The notes under the pieces were generated by a model. It had not been told where the DNA came from. It searched no databases and was given only the letters and a program-made list of their open reading frames with translations. DNA of 36,809 nucleotides from IMG/VR virus record IMGVR_UViG_3300032330_002083, positions 1-36,809 of that record. One strand, written 5' to 3'. Made by a program: the position numbers and the translations under genes. The DNA comes from a virus (taxonomy: Duplodnaviria > Caudoviricetes). Shown here one piece after another: positions 15,703-26,258 of this stretch (positions are counted from its first letter, which is position 1; each line of letters starts with the position of its first letter).

Positions 15703-17903
15703 CGTATTCTTTCAAATTCCGCAAACTGTCCTTTTAATGTTACCGTTATTATTTTGTCTGCAACTTTTACTTTTAGGGTTTGCGTTTCCCAAGTTTTTAA
15801 ATGATGATTTACCGCAAAAATTACATATTCGTTTAGCGTAGCGTGTTTTTTAAGTCGCACAATAGGCAACTTATTATATTCTGCTGATGCAGGTTTCAAC
15901 AAATCTCCTGTTTTGTAACTAACACCATTGTCAATCGAGTATTCTGGCATTGTAATAGGCTGTGTATTTTCTATAATATCACCATTATGAATCATCCGTT
16001 GTATAGCCCAAGTAGCATAATCGTAAGCCGTTTGTGCAGCATAGTGCATAACACCAAAGTTAGGGGCAGGCGAACGATTAGGAGGTATTTGAACATCTCC
16101 CCCAGACAATGGAAAGGCAAAATCATAATAATCAAAACCTTCCACAAATGGCAAAGGCTCGTCCCAAACCCAAGCACCTCTACCAAAGAAGTTTGACATT
16201 AGCACGGTGTTCCACATATACGACGCAGGCGTAGGCGTTTTTACTTGTTTTGCATACAAAGTGCCATTCGTTGCTTGAAAATTCTTACTATAAGCGTTCC
16301 AGTCACTTTGATTTGGCAAACCCTCATTTAATCCCCAAACAAAAGCCAATGGTTTGAAACCATTTTTTGATGTTACTTCAAATTCATTTATTGCACTATA
16401 CAAATTTGTGCTATTTAGATTGTGCATATACAGATTAACAACTGGCTCAATATATTGACCCATATTTCCAGTTTGAATGTTTCCATTTGCATCTCTTAAA
16501 TAATCTCCTGTGTCAACATTTAAATAATTTACTGTTTTTGCAAAAAAACCAGTTGCTATTTGTGAAAAATTAGCCGTAGGAACATCATATTTTGCATTAT
16601 TAGTAGTTACATCCGCAGCCGACAAATTAAAATCATAAGTAATTTTTGCTGGGTCAGCGTTTACATAGGAAGTAAATAAAGTATTAGGATTTCTATTTTT
16701 AAACTCTCGAAACAAAGTCCCCATTTTATTCACAAAATCTTGATCATCAAGCCCTGAAAACGCTACAAATTCATAATCTAAAAATAAAAACCCTTTTCCG
16801 TTATTAGGTGAAATAACATTAGAATTAAAATAACTAAACAATTCTTGTATGGTATGCGTCTTCACCCAATTTACATTAAATTGGTGAGCATCAGCAAAAG
16901 GAGGGTCAGCCCCACCATGTGTATTTTTATAGTTTTCTTTATAGGCAGGATAGTCAGCCCATCTTAAAGCACCATTTGCATATGCCCAATCATCATAAAT
17001 TCCTGTATAAGTTTTAGATATATCGCTTGAATTTCCTATTGTATAACCTTTTGATAAATAATTGCCCGATACATTCGTAAGATTAGCATCAAGCTGCTGA
17101 AACTGCATAATATTAACCTTAGACGCCAAAGGCGTAACGGTAAGAAATGTATATGGTGCTTGTGGAAGTCTTATAGAAGGACCTGAGCGTTTGAAGAACG
17201 TAGGTAAATTAGTAGTTGCGTCTCCTTTGAGGTGAACAAGCGTGTACACAACCCAAGGAAAAGTATATCCCGAAGGAATATGACCCATAATTACCATTAT
17301 ATCTTTCCCTTTTAGTGCCGAAAAGTCTTTTGCTTCTAATTCGGCTTTTGTCATCCACGAATTAAAATTTGAAGTTAAATCTGCGTCTGTTTTAAAACGC
17401 ATATTTTGTTCAATATCTGCAAAGCCAGTTGTATTAATACTTATTTGTAGTTTATAGTCAGTAGTTACGGTTATTGCTAATCTTTGTCTTACTTCGCCAT
17501 TTGTGCCTATCCAAGGCGTAAAATCATACTGATAACTTTGGTCGTTTGTAAATCCTTTATCAAACTGAACTACAAAATCACCAACAACAGTACCAACATC
17601 ACCGCCATTACCACCACCTGCAATGAGTGTATAATTTGCAGGAATAGCAGCCTCGGCAGTAGCCAAAGAACTATAAATAGTCGTTCCTTTTACTTGTCCA
17701 CCACGAGATAATTTTTTGCCGTTGGCATCCGTAGTGTACCAAATGTATTCTGTTGCAGTTCCTTTTTTTCGCTTGAATACTTTTGCATAATTTGCAGAAG
17801 CCTTAGTAACAACTGCCGAACCGCCTGCATCAATTATTTTAGAAACCTGTGCCTCAGCAAATAGCGAAAAGGCAATAAATAAACTTAAAAGTAAATTTTT
17901 CAT
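15699..17903 (-). CDS. 734-aa protein with Sec signal peptide; possible glycoside-hydrolase-like domain
   Basis: MKNLLLSLFIAFSLFAEA-Q; aromatic-rich; FLFLDYE and GAWVWD motifs are suggestive only. Confidence 0.55.
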   Translation of the reverse strand: MKNLLLSLFIAFSLFAEAQVSKIIDAGGSAVVTKASANYAKVFKRKKGTATEYIWYTTDANGKKLSRGGQVKGTTIYSSLATAEAAIPANYTLIAGGGNGGDVGTVVGDFVVQFDKGFTNDQSYQYDFTPWIGTNGEVRQRLAITVTTDYKLQISINTTGFADIEQNMRFKTDADLTSNFNSWMTKAELEAKDFSALKGKDIMVIMGHIPSGYTFPWVVYTLVHLKGDATTNLPTFFKRSGPSIRLPQAPYTFLTVTPLASKVNIMQFQQLDANLTNVSGNYLSKGYTIGNSSDISKTYTGIYDDWAYANGALRWADYPAYKENYKNTHGGADPPFADAHQFNVNWVKTHTIQELFSYFNSNVISPNNGKGFLFLDYEFVAFSGLDDQDFVNKMGTLFREFKNRNPNTLFTSYVNADPAKITYDFNLSAADVTTNNAKYDVPTANFSQIATGFFAKTVNYLNVDTGDYLRDANGNIQTGNMGQYIEPVVNLYMHNLNSTNLYSAINEFEVTSKNGFKPLAFVWGLNEGLPNQSDWNAYSKNFQATNGTLYAKQVKTPTPASYMWNTVLMSNFFGRGAWVWDEPLPFVEGFDYYDFAFPLSGGDVQIPPNRSPAPNFGVMHYAAQTAYDYATWAIQRMIHNGDIIENTQPITMPEYSIDNGVSYKTGDLLKPASAEYNKLPIVRLKKHATLNEYVIFAVNHHLKTWETQTLKVKVADKIITVTLKGQFAEFERIR

Positions 17904-18175
17904 TAGTTTGCGTTTTTAAAGACTAATAATAACTGTGCTTTTCCTGCGTTAGAAAGGTTTTGACTTGCCTTTATGACTCCTTCAAGCATTTCTTTGTCTG
18001 TTGTGTCAATGTCCAACTCTTCGCCTTTAAATAATTTTAAAGACATTTCCCAACACTTAACTGGCTCCCCTGTATTCGATTGACTCAATACGTTTGCTAA
18101 TAATTTACCCATGTTTGATTGTTCAACTTCCGAACCATCAAGGTTTTGTAAAGACTTATTAAAATTTAATTTCAT
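17903..18175 (-). CDS. Small tail-region protein (possible fibre chaperone)
   Basis: 90-aa ORF immediately after the large tail protein. Confidence 0.55.
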   Translation of the reverse strand: MKLNFNKSLQNLDGSEVEQSNMGKLLANVLSQSNTGEPVKCWEMSLKLFKGEELDIDTTDKEMLEGVIKASQNLSNAGKAQLLLVFKNAN

Positions 18176-18187
18176 ATTTTTTGTTTT

Positions 18188-21100
18188 TTATGCTGGTACG
18201 AAAAAGAATGTATTTTTAGATGAATTGTACTGTAATAAGAATTTTTGCCCATTTGTGGGTGTTGTGGTTGTTTGAAAATTAAAATTTGTTCCATTAAATT
18301 CTAAAATTGAATTTAAAAGATTATTTCCCATTTGTACATCTGTAAACGATACAGTAGGTTGAGTAGGAGGAAGACCTCTATTTATTTTAACTGTTCCATC
18401 AGAAGACCCAATAAACAAATCCAATTTTGAATTAATCCACAAAGCGTTAGATAAAAATCTTATAAAACCATTTGCAGTTGATGAATTATAATTAAAATTT
18501 ATATAACTATTTGTTTGAAAATTTAAGGAAGTAGTAACATAACTTCCTTCTCCAAACTTAGCATTAAACTCAGTAAACTTTGTTGAACTTAAAACACCTG
18601 TTTGCGTTGCCGAAGCAGTTTTAATATTGATTTGATTATTTATAAAAAACAAAGGTTCAGCAAGCGTATAAGATACACCACTACCTGTTCCTGCTAAAAA
18701 CGTCGTAAAATCTTCTTTACTTAAATAACCATCTTGAGTTGAAGAAGCTTTTAAAAGCGTGTTTTGCTTTCCATTAAAAATTGACCAATCTTCTTTTGTT
18801 AATGCTCCATTCTGCGTTGCCGAAGCAGTATAAATATTTACCTCATTTCCACTTAAATACAAAGGGTTGGCAAAAGAATAAGTTGTTCCTCCACCAGTAC
18901 CTGCTAAAAATGTAGAAAAATCTTCTTTGCTCAAATATCCATCTTGTGTTGCGGAAGCCTTGGCAAGAGTATTTTGTTTATTATTAAAAATAGCCCAATC
19001 TTCTTTGGTTAAAACACCGTTTTGTAAGCTTGTAGCTACTTTAATTTTTACGGCTGTTCCATCTAAATAGATAGGGTCAGTAAAAGTATATGTAACACCA
19101 CTACCGCCACCAGTACTTGCTAAAAATGTAGAAAAATCCTCCTTGCTTAAATACCCATCCTGCGTTGCAGAAGCCTTTAAAAGTGTATTTTGTTTGCCAT
19201 TAAAAATTGCCCAATCTTCTTTTGTCAAAACGCCATTTTGTGTTGCTGATGCCACTCGAACTTTAACTGTTCCATCCAAATACAATGGTTCAGTAAAAGA
19301 GTATGTTGTTCCACCGCCACCAGTATTCGCCAAAAATGTAGCAAAGTCTTCTTTACTTAAATAGCCATCTTGCGATGCCGAAGCCTTTAGTAGTGTGTTT
19401 TGCTTATTATTAAACGTAGTCCAATTTTCTTTCGTCAATACACCGTTTTGTGTTGCAGATGCCGTACGTACGTTAATAGTGTTACCAGTAAAAAATATAG
19501 GCTCAACTGGGCTATAAGTAACGCCAACGCCACCTGTACCTATTTCTTCATAAAGTGCGTATTTTTTTGCTTCACCGTTACCAATCTGATAAGCCAAACG
19601 ACCGTCACTATTCATTATATTGCGGTAGGTAGTAGTTACATTGCTGTCTATTTCGGTGTATTTATATTCTAATATTACACCACCATCTAAGCGATTAAAG
19701 CCAATAAATCCTTCACGCCCTTCAGGAGTATTGTTATAAAAATAACCGTGGTATTTTATTGTAGCTTCATATTCGTCAAAATCGTAATCTTTAAAATTAC
19801 CTCCGCCAACGCTAATCCAACCGCTGTCTGCAGTTCCGTAGATTCCTCGCACATAAATCTGACCATCAAAATAATTTGCAAACGGTCGTGGTATTGCTAA
19901 ATAAGTAGCTTGGTCGGGGTATTCAGAGCCGATTGACATTTTCATTACGTGAGCCTGCAATCCTGCGTTAGGCAAGCCTGTTGTTGTGCCATTTACAAAA
20001 CTTGTACCCCAAGGCAAGGCAGATATATTTCCAAACTGTGCGTGCGTTTGAAACTGCCCAAACTCCCCGAAGTTTTCCCACCGATTTACATCAACATTAT
20101 AGAAACCATTTGAAACATTGCTTCTACGCAAAAACTGCCCAGTCGTTCCGCTACTCATTGCAATACCTTGAGAAGTATTTCCAACAGAAATCAAACCTTC
20201 AAAACCTGTTGTGCCTGAAATATGTAACTTAAATAGAGGGTCAGTCGTACTACCAACACGCAAACCAGTAGCGTTTAATTTCATTCTGCCCAAATCACCT
20301 GAGGTTGTCCAAGTGAAATTTGTATTAGCAAAAAAATCTAATAAATTACTATTTGATGCTATTCGAGGTGCTGTTCCAAAATAATTAAACATCGTAATGT
20401 TTAAAGAATCTGACCCAGCCTTTATAACAGGACTTTGAACAGAGGCAGTAAACTTCTTTGCTCCTCCAATATTACTTTGATTAGAAACTAAATCGACATA
20501 AAGCCCAAGGTGTGTGCCGTAAGAAGAAACCAAATCCCAACTGGCAATTTTAGCATTTGTAACATTAAAAGCCGCATGATTTGTAAAAATAGGGTCTAAT
20601 TCCGCTCCCGACCATTGTGTGTAGGTTATAGCTGTTGTACCGAGCGTAATATCAGCAGGATTGTTATTTACCCATTGCGTACTTGCATACGTACCGTTTA
20701 GAATCAAATGCCCTTTGCCACGTATTTCTGCACTTGTATCATTTGAGGTGTTTCTCGTCCAGTTTGTGCCATCAAAAACATATATGCCATTTTCGCTTGC
20801 AGTTGTTTGTCCGTTTAGTAAAATACTGTCTCCTGTTACAGTCGTATAAACGCCTTGTGTCTTTGCACCCGACAATGTTTGATTAGTAACAAACAATAAT
20901 TTACAAGTCGTACTAACCGCAAAACCTCCCGACAAGGCAGTATTAAATTGAGCGTTTGTAATCGGGCTATTCGGATTATTAGAAGGTAGTACATAAATGG
21001 GCTGATTAAAAGTAAACGGTGCATTTACGTCTACACCCAAACCATTTATGCCTGTAATTTGATTTAGACCCAAAACATTTGTAACGTTTACAACTGGTGA

Positions 21101-23650
21101 TACAAACCTCAATTCATTCTGTGCATCCACCTGTCCGAACGGCTTACCGCCTGTTGCTAACTCTTTAGTTATCAATAACCCATCTTGACCGACAGATATA
21201 CCACTCACCGCTTCAATACGTCCATCAACCTGAAAGTCAGAATCAACACCAAGCTGTTTTACTATATCGCCATCGCCATCGGTGATAGATTTGTCGTAGA
21301 GTAGATTATAGCCTAATTTTATTTTACCGCCAAGGAAATCAACTAAGGTTTGATTTTCTTTGTTTCCGAGTTCAATATTTGTATCAATGCTACCGATAGC
21401 TACTTTGTCGCCTCTACGTACAATAGTCCCAAAATCAAAAGCATCGCCAGCTATTATGTCGCCCCAAAATACATTTATACCCTTATTGTCGTTTGTTTTA
21501 TCCGATATCCCTCCAAGCAATTGTTTTATCCAAGAGCTAATACTCAAAGGCGTGTTATTCGTGCTACCTCCACCAACACCATTACCCATAATGGCCGAAG
21601 GTGGCGAATCATCAACCATTGTAATCTCGGTGCCATCGCTCAGAATACCAGTTTTCTTTATTGTCGGCACAATACCAATAGCGTGCTCAACAATTCTTAC
21701 ATCTGCTTCTGTGCTACCATAATTAAACGTAAACGAAGTAATATATCCTCGGTTTGTAATACCCGCCATAGCCACACTATGCCGATACTTTATCAAACCA
21801 CGGATCGAGCCATCATAAACCTTTGGCGTTGCTCCCAAATTACGGAGAATATTCATCGCTCCGTGTTTATGAAAATTCATTAAAGAATTGCTGTTTTCAG
21901 AAGTCCACAACGAAGTTAAATTCCCGCTTGCATCTTTTATAGCCGATAAATTTGAGCCATCCACATAATCACCATAAATAACCGAAATAGTCTCGTCGTT
22001 TGGTGCATAATCTGGCTGAGTAGCCTTATAATGTATTTCTTTTAGGTTTAGGTTTGTATCAGCATTTACCCACGACAAGCTAATGTTTTTATAAATCACA
22101 CTACTAGCTTTAGTTTCACCAGGGTACGGCTCCAACTCTCCAACACCTTTCTTTAGTTTTATTTTAATCCAAATCCCAGTAACGGCTTTTTGCCATCCAC
22201 TTTTTAAAAGCATTCTGTTGCCAGTCGGATCTCCGAAGGTGAAAGACACACCTCCAATTCTTTTACTCGTAATTTCCCAATTCTTTACGGTTTTCTTTGA
22301 ATATCCGTTTATGTCTTTATTTTCAAGGCTTAAATTTTCGCTTCCTCCTTCCCAAACAACATTACTTTTTACACTTCCACTCAATACCCATTCGCCACTT
22401 TCCGACAATCCAAAATAATTTGTTGCAGTAGGATATCCAACCGATTGCTCTTCAAAAGATTCTACGTCAATCCTCAGCTCGCACTCAATCAAAGCATGAT
22501 CAATGTCTTTTATAAAAGCCTGGCCTTTAAAAACAATATTAAAATTAATCGCATCAGTCAAATTTGTAAACGCAATTTCCTGATAAACATACTGATCATC
22601 AACAGCTGCGTTATCTACTCCAAAACCATTTATTTTTATACCGTATGCATTGCCTGTGGTGCCATCGCCAAGCCTTTCGGGCGTTACATTGTTATTGTTC
22701 CAATTGCCAAAAGTACCGTTGGCAAAAGTTAATAAATCTTTGTTTTGTAAACGGTTTTTAAACTTTGCAAGTTTATGCTCAACTTTTGCCCATTTTATAG
22801 GCATAACATTAGATATGCCACCACCAAACGGCTGATAATTAGAATTATGTACTGCGGAAACACCTAAGTTAAGCGTACCACCAGAAATATAAGAACCATC
22901 GGCCAGATATTTACGAGCAGCTACATAGCCAGTCTTTTTTTCGCTTAAATTTTCAATCCACCATTCGCCTTCTTCCTGATATAATCTACAACTTTCTGTA
23001 TTTAAAATATCCTGAAGAACATTAAAAGTATTCTGCGGTTCGTTTTCACCACGAAACAAATCCATGTCCAAAAAACGCTGTTTCATTGCTTCGGCAGTTG
23101 CTGAAGCATCATTACCGTTTGCAAAGGTATTGTTGATTGTGTTTATTTTTAGACTTAATCCAGTCTTAACTAAACATAAACGTATAATCTCAAATACCGA
23201 TTTTGTACCATCATAATAAAACTGAGCATCATTAACAAAAGGATCGTTTTTAAGATTATTTAAGCTATCGCTTGCTTCTAATCTTACGTTTTTTAGCCCA
23301 TCTTCATAATCAGTCTGTGAAGAGGTCGGCATCAGCCAACCGACAAACTCAGAGGTTGTTGTTGCACCAACGGTTTTATAAAATTCAACTTTCCATTGTT
23401 TCGGATATGCTTTTTGTAATTCGCTGAGGTCAATATCATCTAATATTTCAATATCAAGTTTTTTTGATGAAATACCCAAAAGCGAATCATTAGATATTTT
23501 TGCAACAACGCTATTAGACCCAAAAACCTTTAATTCTATTTGGCTACCAGTATAACCTTCTTTACTAAACGTAAGTAAATAGGTAGCAGCTACCATTTGC
23601 GGTCTTTCAACTACATCAAACGAAGAAGTATATTTTATTGCAAATGCCAT
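18188..23650 (-). CDS. Large tail tip / fibre protein (1820 aa)
   Basis: Follows the tape measure gene; hub-like N-terminus; NQTLSG...GDSILL.GQT...ENGIYV...W.R fibre module; C-terminal tandem repeats. Confidence 0.8.
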   Translation of the reverse strand: MAFAIKYTSSFDVVERPQMVAATYLLTFSKEGYTGSQIELKVFGSNSVVAKISNDSLLGISSKKLDIEILDDIDLSELQKAYPKQWKVEFYKTVGATTTSEFVGWLMPTSSQTDYEDGLKNVRLEASDSLNNLKNDPFVNDAQFYYDGTKSVFEIIRLCLVKTGLSLKINTINNTFANGNDASATAEAMKQRFLDMDLFRGENEPQNTFNVLQDILNTESCRLYQEEGEWWIENLSEKKTGYVAARKYLADGSYISGGTLNLGVSAVHNSNYQPFGGGISNVMPIKWAKVEHKLAKFKNRLQNKDLLTFANGTFGNWNNNNVTPERLGDGTTGNAYGIKINGFGVDNAAVDDQYVYQEIAFTNLTDAINFNIVFKGQAFIKDIDHALIECELRIDVESFEEQSVGYPTATNYFGLSESGEWVLSGSVKSNVVWEGGSENLSLENKDINGYSKKTVKNWEITSKRIGGVSFTFGDPTGNRMLLKSGWQKAVTGIWIKIKLKKGVGELEPYPGETKASSVIYKNISLSWVNADTNLNLKEIHYKATQPDYAPNDETISVIYGDYVDGSNLSAIKDASGNLTSLWTSENSNSLMNFHKHGAMNILRNLGATPKVYDGSIRGLIKYRHSVAMAGITNRGYITSFTFNYGSTEADVRIVEHAIGIVPTIKKTGILSDGTEITMVDDSPPSAIMGNGVGGGSTNNTPLSISSWIKQLLGGISDKTNDNKGINVFWGDIIAGDAFDFGTIVRRGDKVAIGSIDTNIELGNKENQTLVDFLGGKIKLGYNLLYDKSITDGDGDIVKQLGVDSDFQVDGRIEAVSGISVGQDGLLITKELATGGKPFGQVDAQNELRFVSPVVNVTNVLGLNQITGINGLGVDVNAPFTFNQPIYVLPSNNPNSPITNAQFNTALSGGFAVSTTCKLLFVTNQTLSGAKTQGVYTTVTGDSILLNGQTTASENGIYVFDGTNWTRNTSNDTSAEIRGKGHLILNGTYASTQWVNNNPADITLGTTAITYTQWSGAELDPIFTNHAAFNVTNAKIASWDLVSSYGTHLGLYVDLVSNQSNIGGAKKFTASVQSPVIKAGSDSLNITMFNYFGTAPRIASNSNLLDFFANTNFTWTTSGDLGRMKLNATGLRVGSTTDPLFKLHISGTTGFEGLISVGNTSQGIAMSSGTTGQFLRRSNVSNGFYNVDVNRWENFGEFGQFQTHAQFGNISALPWGTSFVNGTTTGLPNAGLQAHVMKMSIGSEYPDQATYLAIPRPFANYFDGQIYVRGIYGTADSGWISVGGGNFKDYDFDEYEATIKYHGYFYNNTPEGREGFIGFNRLDGGVILEYKYTEIDSNVTTTYRNIMNSDGRLAYQIGNGEAKKYALYEEIGTGGVGVTYSPVEPIFFTGNTINVRTASATQNGVLTKENWTTFNNKQNTLLKASASQDGYLSKEDFATFLANTGGGGTTYSFTEPLYLDGTVKVRVASATQNGVLTKEDWAIFNGKQNTLLKASATQDGYLSKEDFSTFLASTGGGSGVTYTFTDPIYLDGTAVKIKVATSLQNGVLTKEDWAIFNNKQNTLAKASATQDGYLSKEDFSTFLAGTGGGTTYSFANPLYLSGNEVNIYTASATQNGALTKEDWSIFNGKQNTLLKASSTQDGYLSKEDFTTFLAGTGSGVSYTLAEPLFFINNQINIKTASATQTGVLSSTKFTEFNAKFGEGSYVTTSLNFQTNSYINFNYNSSTANGFIRFLSNALWINSKLDLFIGSSDGTVKINRGLPPTQPTVSFTDVQMGNNLLNSILEFNGTNFNFQTTTTPTNGQKFLLQYNSSKNTFFFVPA
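18555..19516 (-). repeat. Four full and one partial ~70-aa tandem repeats in the large tail protein
   Basis: Unit Y....P.......ASATQNGVLTKEDW..FN.KQNTLLKASATQDGYLSKEDF.TFLA.TGGG. Confidence 0.9.
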
Positions 23651-25917
23651 TATGCGTTTCCTGTGCGTTTTTTATAACGATTAAATGAAATGTATATGTC
23701 TTCTCCCAAAATCTTAACATCTGGAATAACCGAACCACCACCACCACCAAGCAAATCTTTTAATTTAGATAGCGGAGCAATAACCTCAGGGTTACTCCTC
23801 GCCCCAGCATACTCACCCATCAAGCCCAGCGTTGGCCCCGAAACAATACCACCGTTTGCAAATTTTGGTGTTTGATTAAATAAAGTACCTGCCAAACCTT
23901 TTAATAATCCACCTCCTGCAATCAATGCGATAATTGCACCAGTACCAAGTTCAGTACCAAATAAAGTTTTTGCTAATTTTATTAACCTATCAGCAGTAAG
24001 CATCTGAGAACCAAGCGAAACCATAAACTGCCCAATAGTTTGCAAAATATTTTTAAACACTTTCTGTAATCCAAGAGTACCTCCACCTATTGCATTTCCA
24101 ATTGCTTCACCTATTCCACTCGCAAAATCTGTAATTAATTGCTGTTGTAATTGTGTAAACATAGTGCTTGCAAGTTCTTGAACCTCTAATAAAGCAAGCT
24201 TTGCACGATTTGTTACTTGTTCTTTAATCTGCTGTTCAATAGTCATTCCAGCTTCCGACATATTAAGACCGACCATGATTTTAGGCATTTGATTTTTTAA
24301 TCGTGTACCAGCATCAAGTATATCTTGAAAAAATGTAGGAATTGCTTTTTTACCGTAGTTTTGGTTAAACTCCTTTTCACCGATTGAGGTAAGTTCTTTT
24401 AGGTTTAGTTTTCCTAAAATATCTCTTTGCTTTTTTAATTCTTCTAAATCAATACCTTTTCCTGTGCCTCCACCAACTGATACATTTGGTTTATTTGTGA
24501 CGTTATTTAAGGCATCACCCAATTTTTTTAAGTAGTTAGTCGATTCAGGTATTTTTGCTTTTACATCTGTTGCAATTGCATCAATCCAACCAATGACCTT
24601 CGTTGCACTATTAGCTAAAAACTCAAAATTAAATTGATTTGCAATAACTCTTTGAAGCTCAAATAAAGCCTTAAATGGTGTTACAAGTATCTCTACTAAT
24701 CCATTCCATAATCTCGCTACAATAGTTTTTAGGTTTTTCCAAAAACCTTCCCAATCAGCAGTAAATAATGAATAAAAAACACCAACTAAACTATTTAATA
24801 TGCCCAATCCATATTTAAAAATAGATGCAACACCATCCCAAATACCAGTATTTACAAGTACAGATTTTATTTGATCCCAATATTTTATAATATTAGCAAC
24901 CACCACCGCAACAATAGCAGCAATACCAAGTATTGGTGCTGATAAATATCCAAGTCCAACTAAAAACGCAGGTATTACAGAAGTGGTAAGATATCCTATA
25001 AGAACTAAAATAGGACCAATAGCAAGAGCAATTCCACCTATAACAAAAATAGCTGTTTGAATCTCTGGAGAAAGTTCTTTAAAACTTTTCACAGCTCTAT
25101 CAATATAACCCGATACTCCGTCAAGTATGCCAGTCAAATCAAACAACTTATCTGCTATATTCACCACCTCATAAGACCCAAGCTTTACGCTATCAATTAC
25201 ATTTTCCCATGCAGTTTTAAATCCTCCACTTACACGAGGTAGTTTTTCTAATTGTGTTACAATCTTACCCAAAAATTCATCAGCCGTAATACCCAATTTT
25301 TGTATTGCTTCAGTGCTGGCAGTTCCAAACGCCGACTGCATCAGATCCCGAATCATCGGCAAGCGTTCGGCCAACTGATTAACCTCCTCAGCTGATATAA
25401 TACCCTTACCTTTCATTTGTGCAAAAGCATTGGCAATACCAGCTAAATCTTCTTTGCCACGCCCAGAATATACCAAGGCGTTACCAAACTCTCTTACAGC
25501 TCTGTTAGATAAGTCAGCAGCATATTTTACACTTAAAAAATTGATTGTTGCTTTTCCTGCTTCCTCTATCCCAAGACCAGGGAGTTTTGCAGTTTGCTTT
25601 ATTTCATTGAGCGAAACCCCATACACGTCTAACGCACGTTTGAGTTGATCAATGTCGCCATAAAATTTTGCAGCAGCTCCAGCGGCTACCGCAATCGGCA
25701 AAGTAAACGCCGAGGTGAGTGTTTGCCCAACGCCAGAAATCCTGTCGCCGAGCCTACCAAAGCCTTGGGCAAAGTTTCGGGTAATGTTGTCGGTCTCACG
25801 CATGGCACGAGCCAACTGTATATTCAAACTCGCAGATAATCGACCAACCGAACCCGCTGCATTGTCCATCGAATTAACGAATGCTCTTTCATTTGCTGTC
25901 AGTCTTATATTTGCCAT
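23650..25917 (-). CDS. Tape measure protein (755 aa)
   Basis: A..QM..KG.ISAEE..QLAER tape-measure domain, hydrophobic central region, FANGGIVSGPT...GE...NPEVIAPL C-terminus. Confidence 0.92.
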   Translation of the reverse strand: MANIRLTANERAFVNSMDNAAGSVGRLSASLNIQLARAMRETDNITRNFAQGFGRLGDRISGVGQTLTSAFTLPIAVAAGAAAKFYGDIDQLKRALDVYGVSLNEIKQTAKLPGLGIEEAGKATINFLSVKYAADLSNRAVREFGNALVYSGRGKEDLAGIANAFAQMKGKGIISAEEVNQLAERLPMIRDLMQSAFGTASTEAIQKLGITADEFLGKIVTQLEKLPRVSGGFKTAWENVIDSVKLGSYEVVNIADKLFDLTGILDGVSGYIDRAVKSFKELSPEIQTAIFVIGGIALAIGPILVLIGYLTTSVIPAFLVGLGYLSAPILGIAAIVAVVVANIIKYWDQIKSVLVNTGIWDGVASIFKYGLGILNSLVGVFYSLFTADWEGFWKNLKTIVARLWNGLVEILVTPFKALFELQRVIANQFNFEFLANSATKVIGWIDAIATDVKAKIPESTNYLKKLGDALNNVTNKPNVSVGGGTGKGIDLEELKKQRDILGKLNLKELTSIGEKEFNQNYGKKAIPTFFQDILDAGTRLKNQMPKIMVGLNMSEAGMTIEQQIKEQVTNRAKLALLEVQELASTMFTQLQQQLITDFASGIGEAIGNAIGGGTLGLQKVFKNILQTIGQFMVSLGSQMLTADRLIKLAKTLFGTELGTGAIIALIAGGGLLKGLAGTLFNQTPKFANGGIVSGPTLGLMGEYAGARSNPEVIAPLSKLKDLLGGGGGSVIPDVKILGEDIYISFNRYKKRTGNA

Positions 25918-25919
25918 TT

Positions 25920-26258
25920 CTATTCTGTGATTAGTCCCGCCCTGATTGCTTTTTCTCGTCTTTGCTCGTCGGTCAATACAAGGGGTGGAGATTGTTTTTT
26001 AGGTGGTGGTGGCGTGTCAATCATCGGCAAAAATATAAAGTCTTGTTCCTTAATTTCTCCGTTGTCGTCACTACCCATCATATTACCAATAAGTGCGTAA
26101 AGCTTCCGAAACGGCAACCAAGATTTTTGCTCTTTATAATAATACGCCTCAACGATTCGCCTATAATTATCGGGACGCATTTCCCAAAAACTATCGGCAT
26201 TAATATCAAGGCCTACCTCACAGGCCTCTTCTAAGATTTGCTCGAAAGGGCTTTTTCT
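25920..26258 (-). CDS. Tail assembly chaperone gpT portion, probably reached by -1 frameshift
   Basis: The -1 frame is open from AGAAAAAG (26251-26258) and reads SPFEQILEEACEVGLDINADSFWEMRP, a gpT-like FW.M.P motif. Confidence 0.75.
   Translation of the reverse strand, partial: RKSPFEQILEEACEVGLDINADSFWEMRPDNYRRIVEAYYYKEQKSWLPFRKLYALIGNMMGSDDNGEIKEQDFIFLPMIDTPPPPKKQSPPLVLTDEQRREKAIRAGLITE

Noticed and set aside
18555-19516. Tail repeats as a DGR template/variable region or shufflon
   Set aside because: No reverse transcriptase or invertase is present; the repeats are in-frame, direct and protein-level
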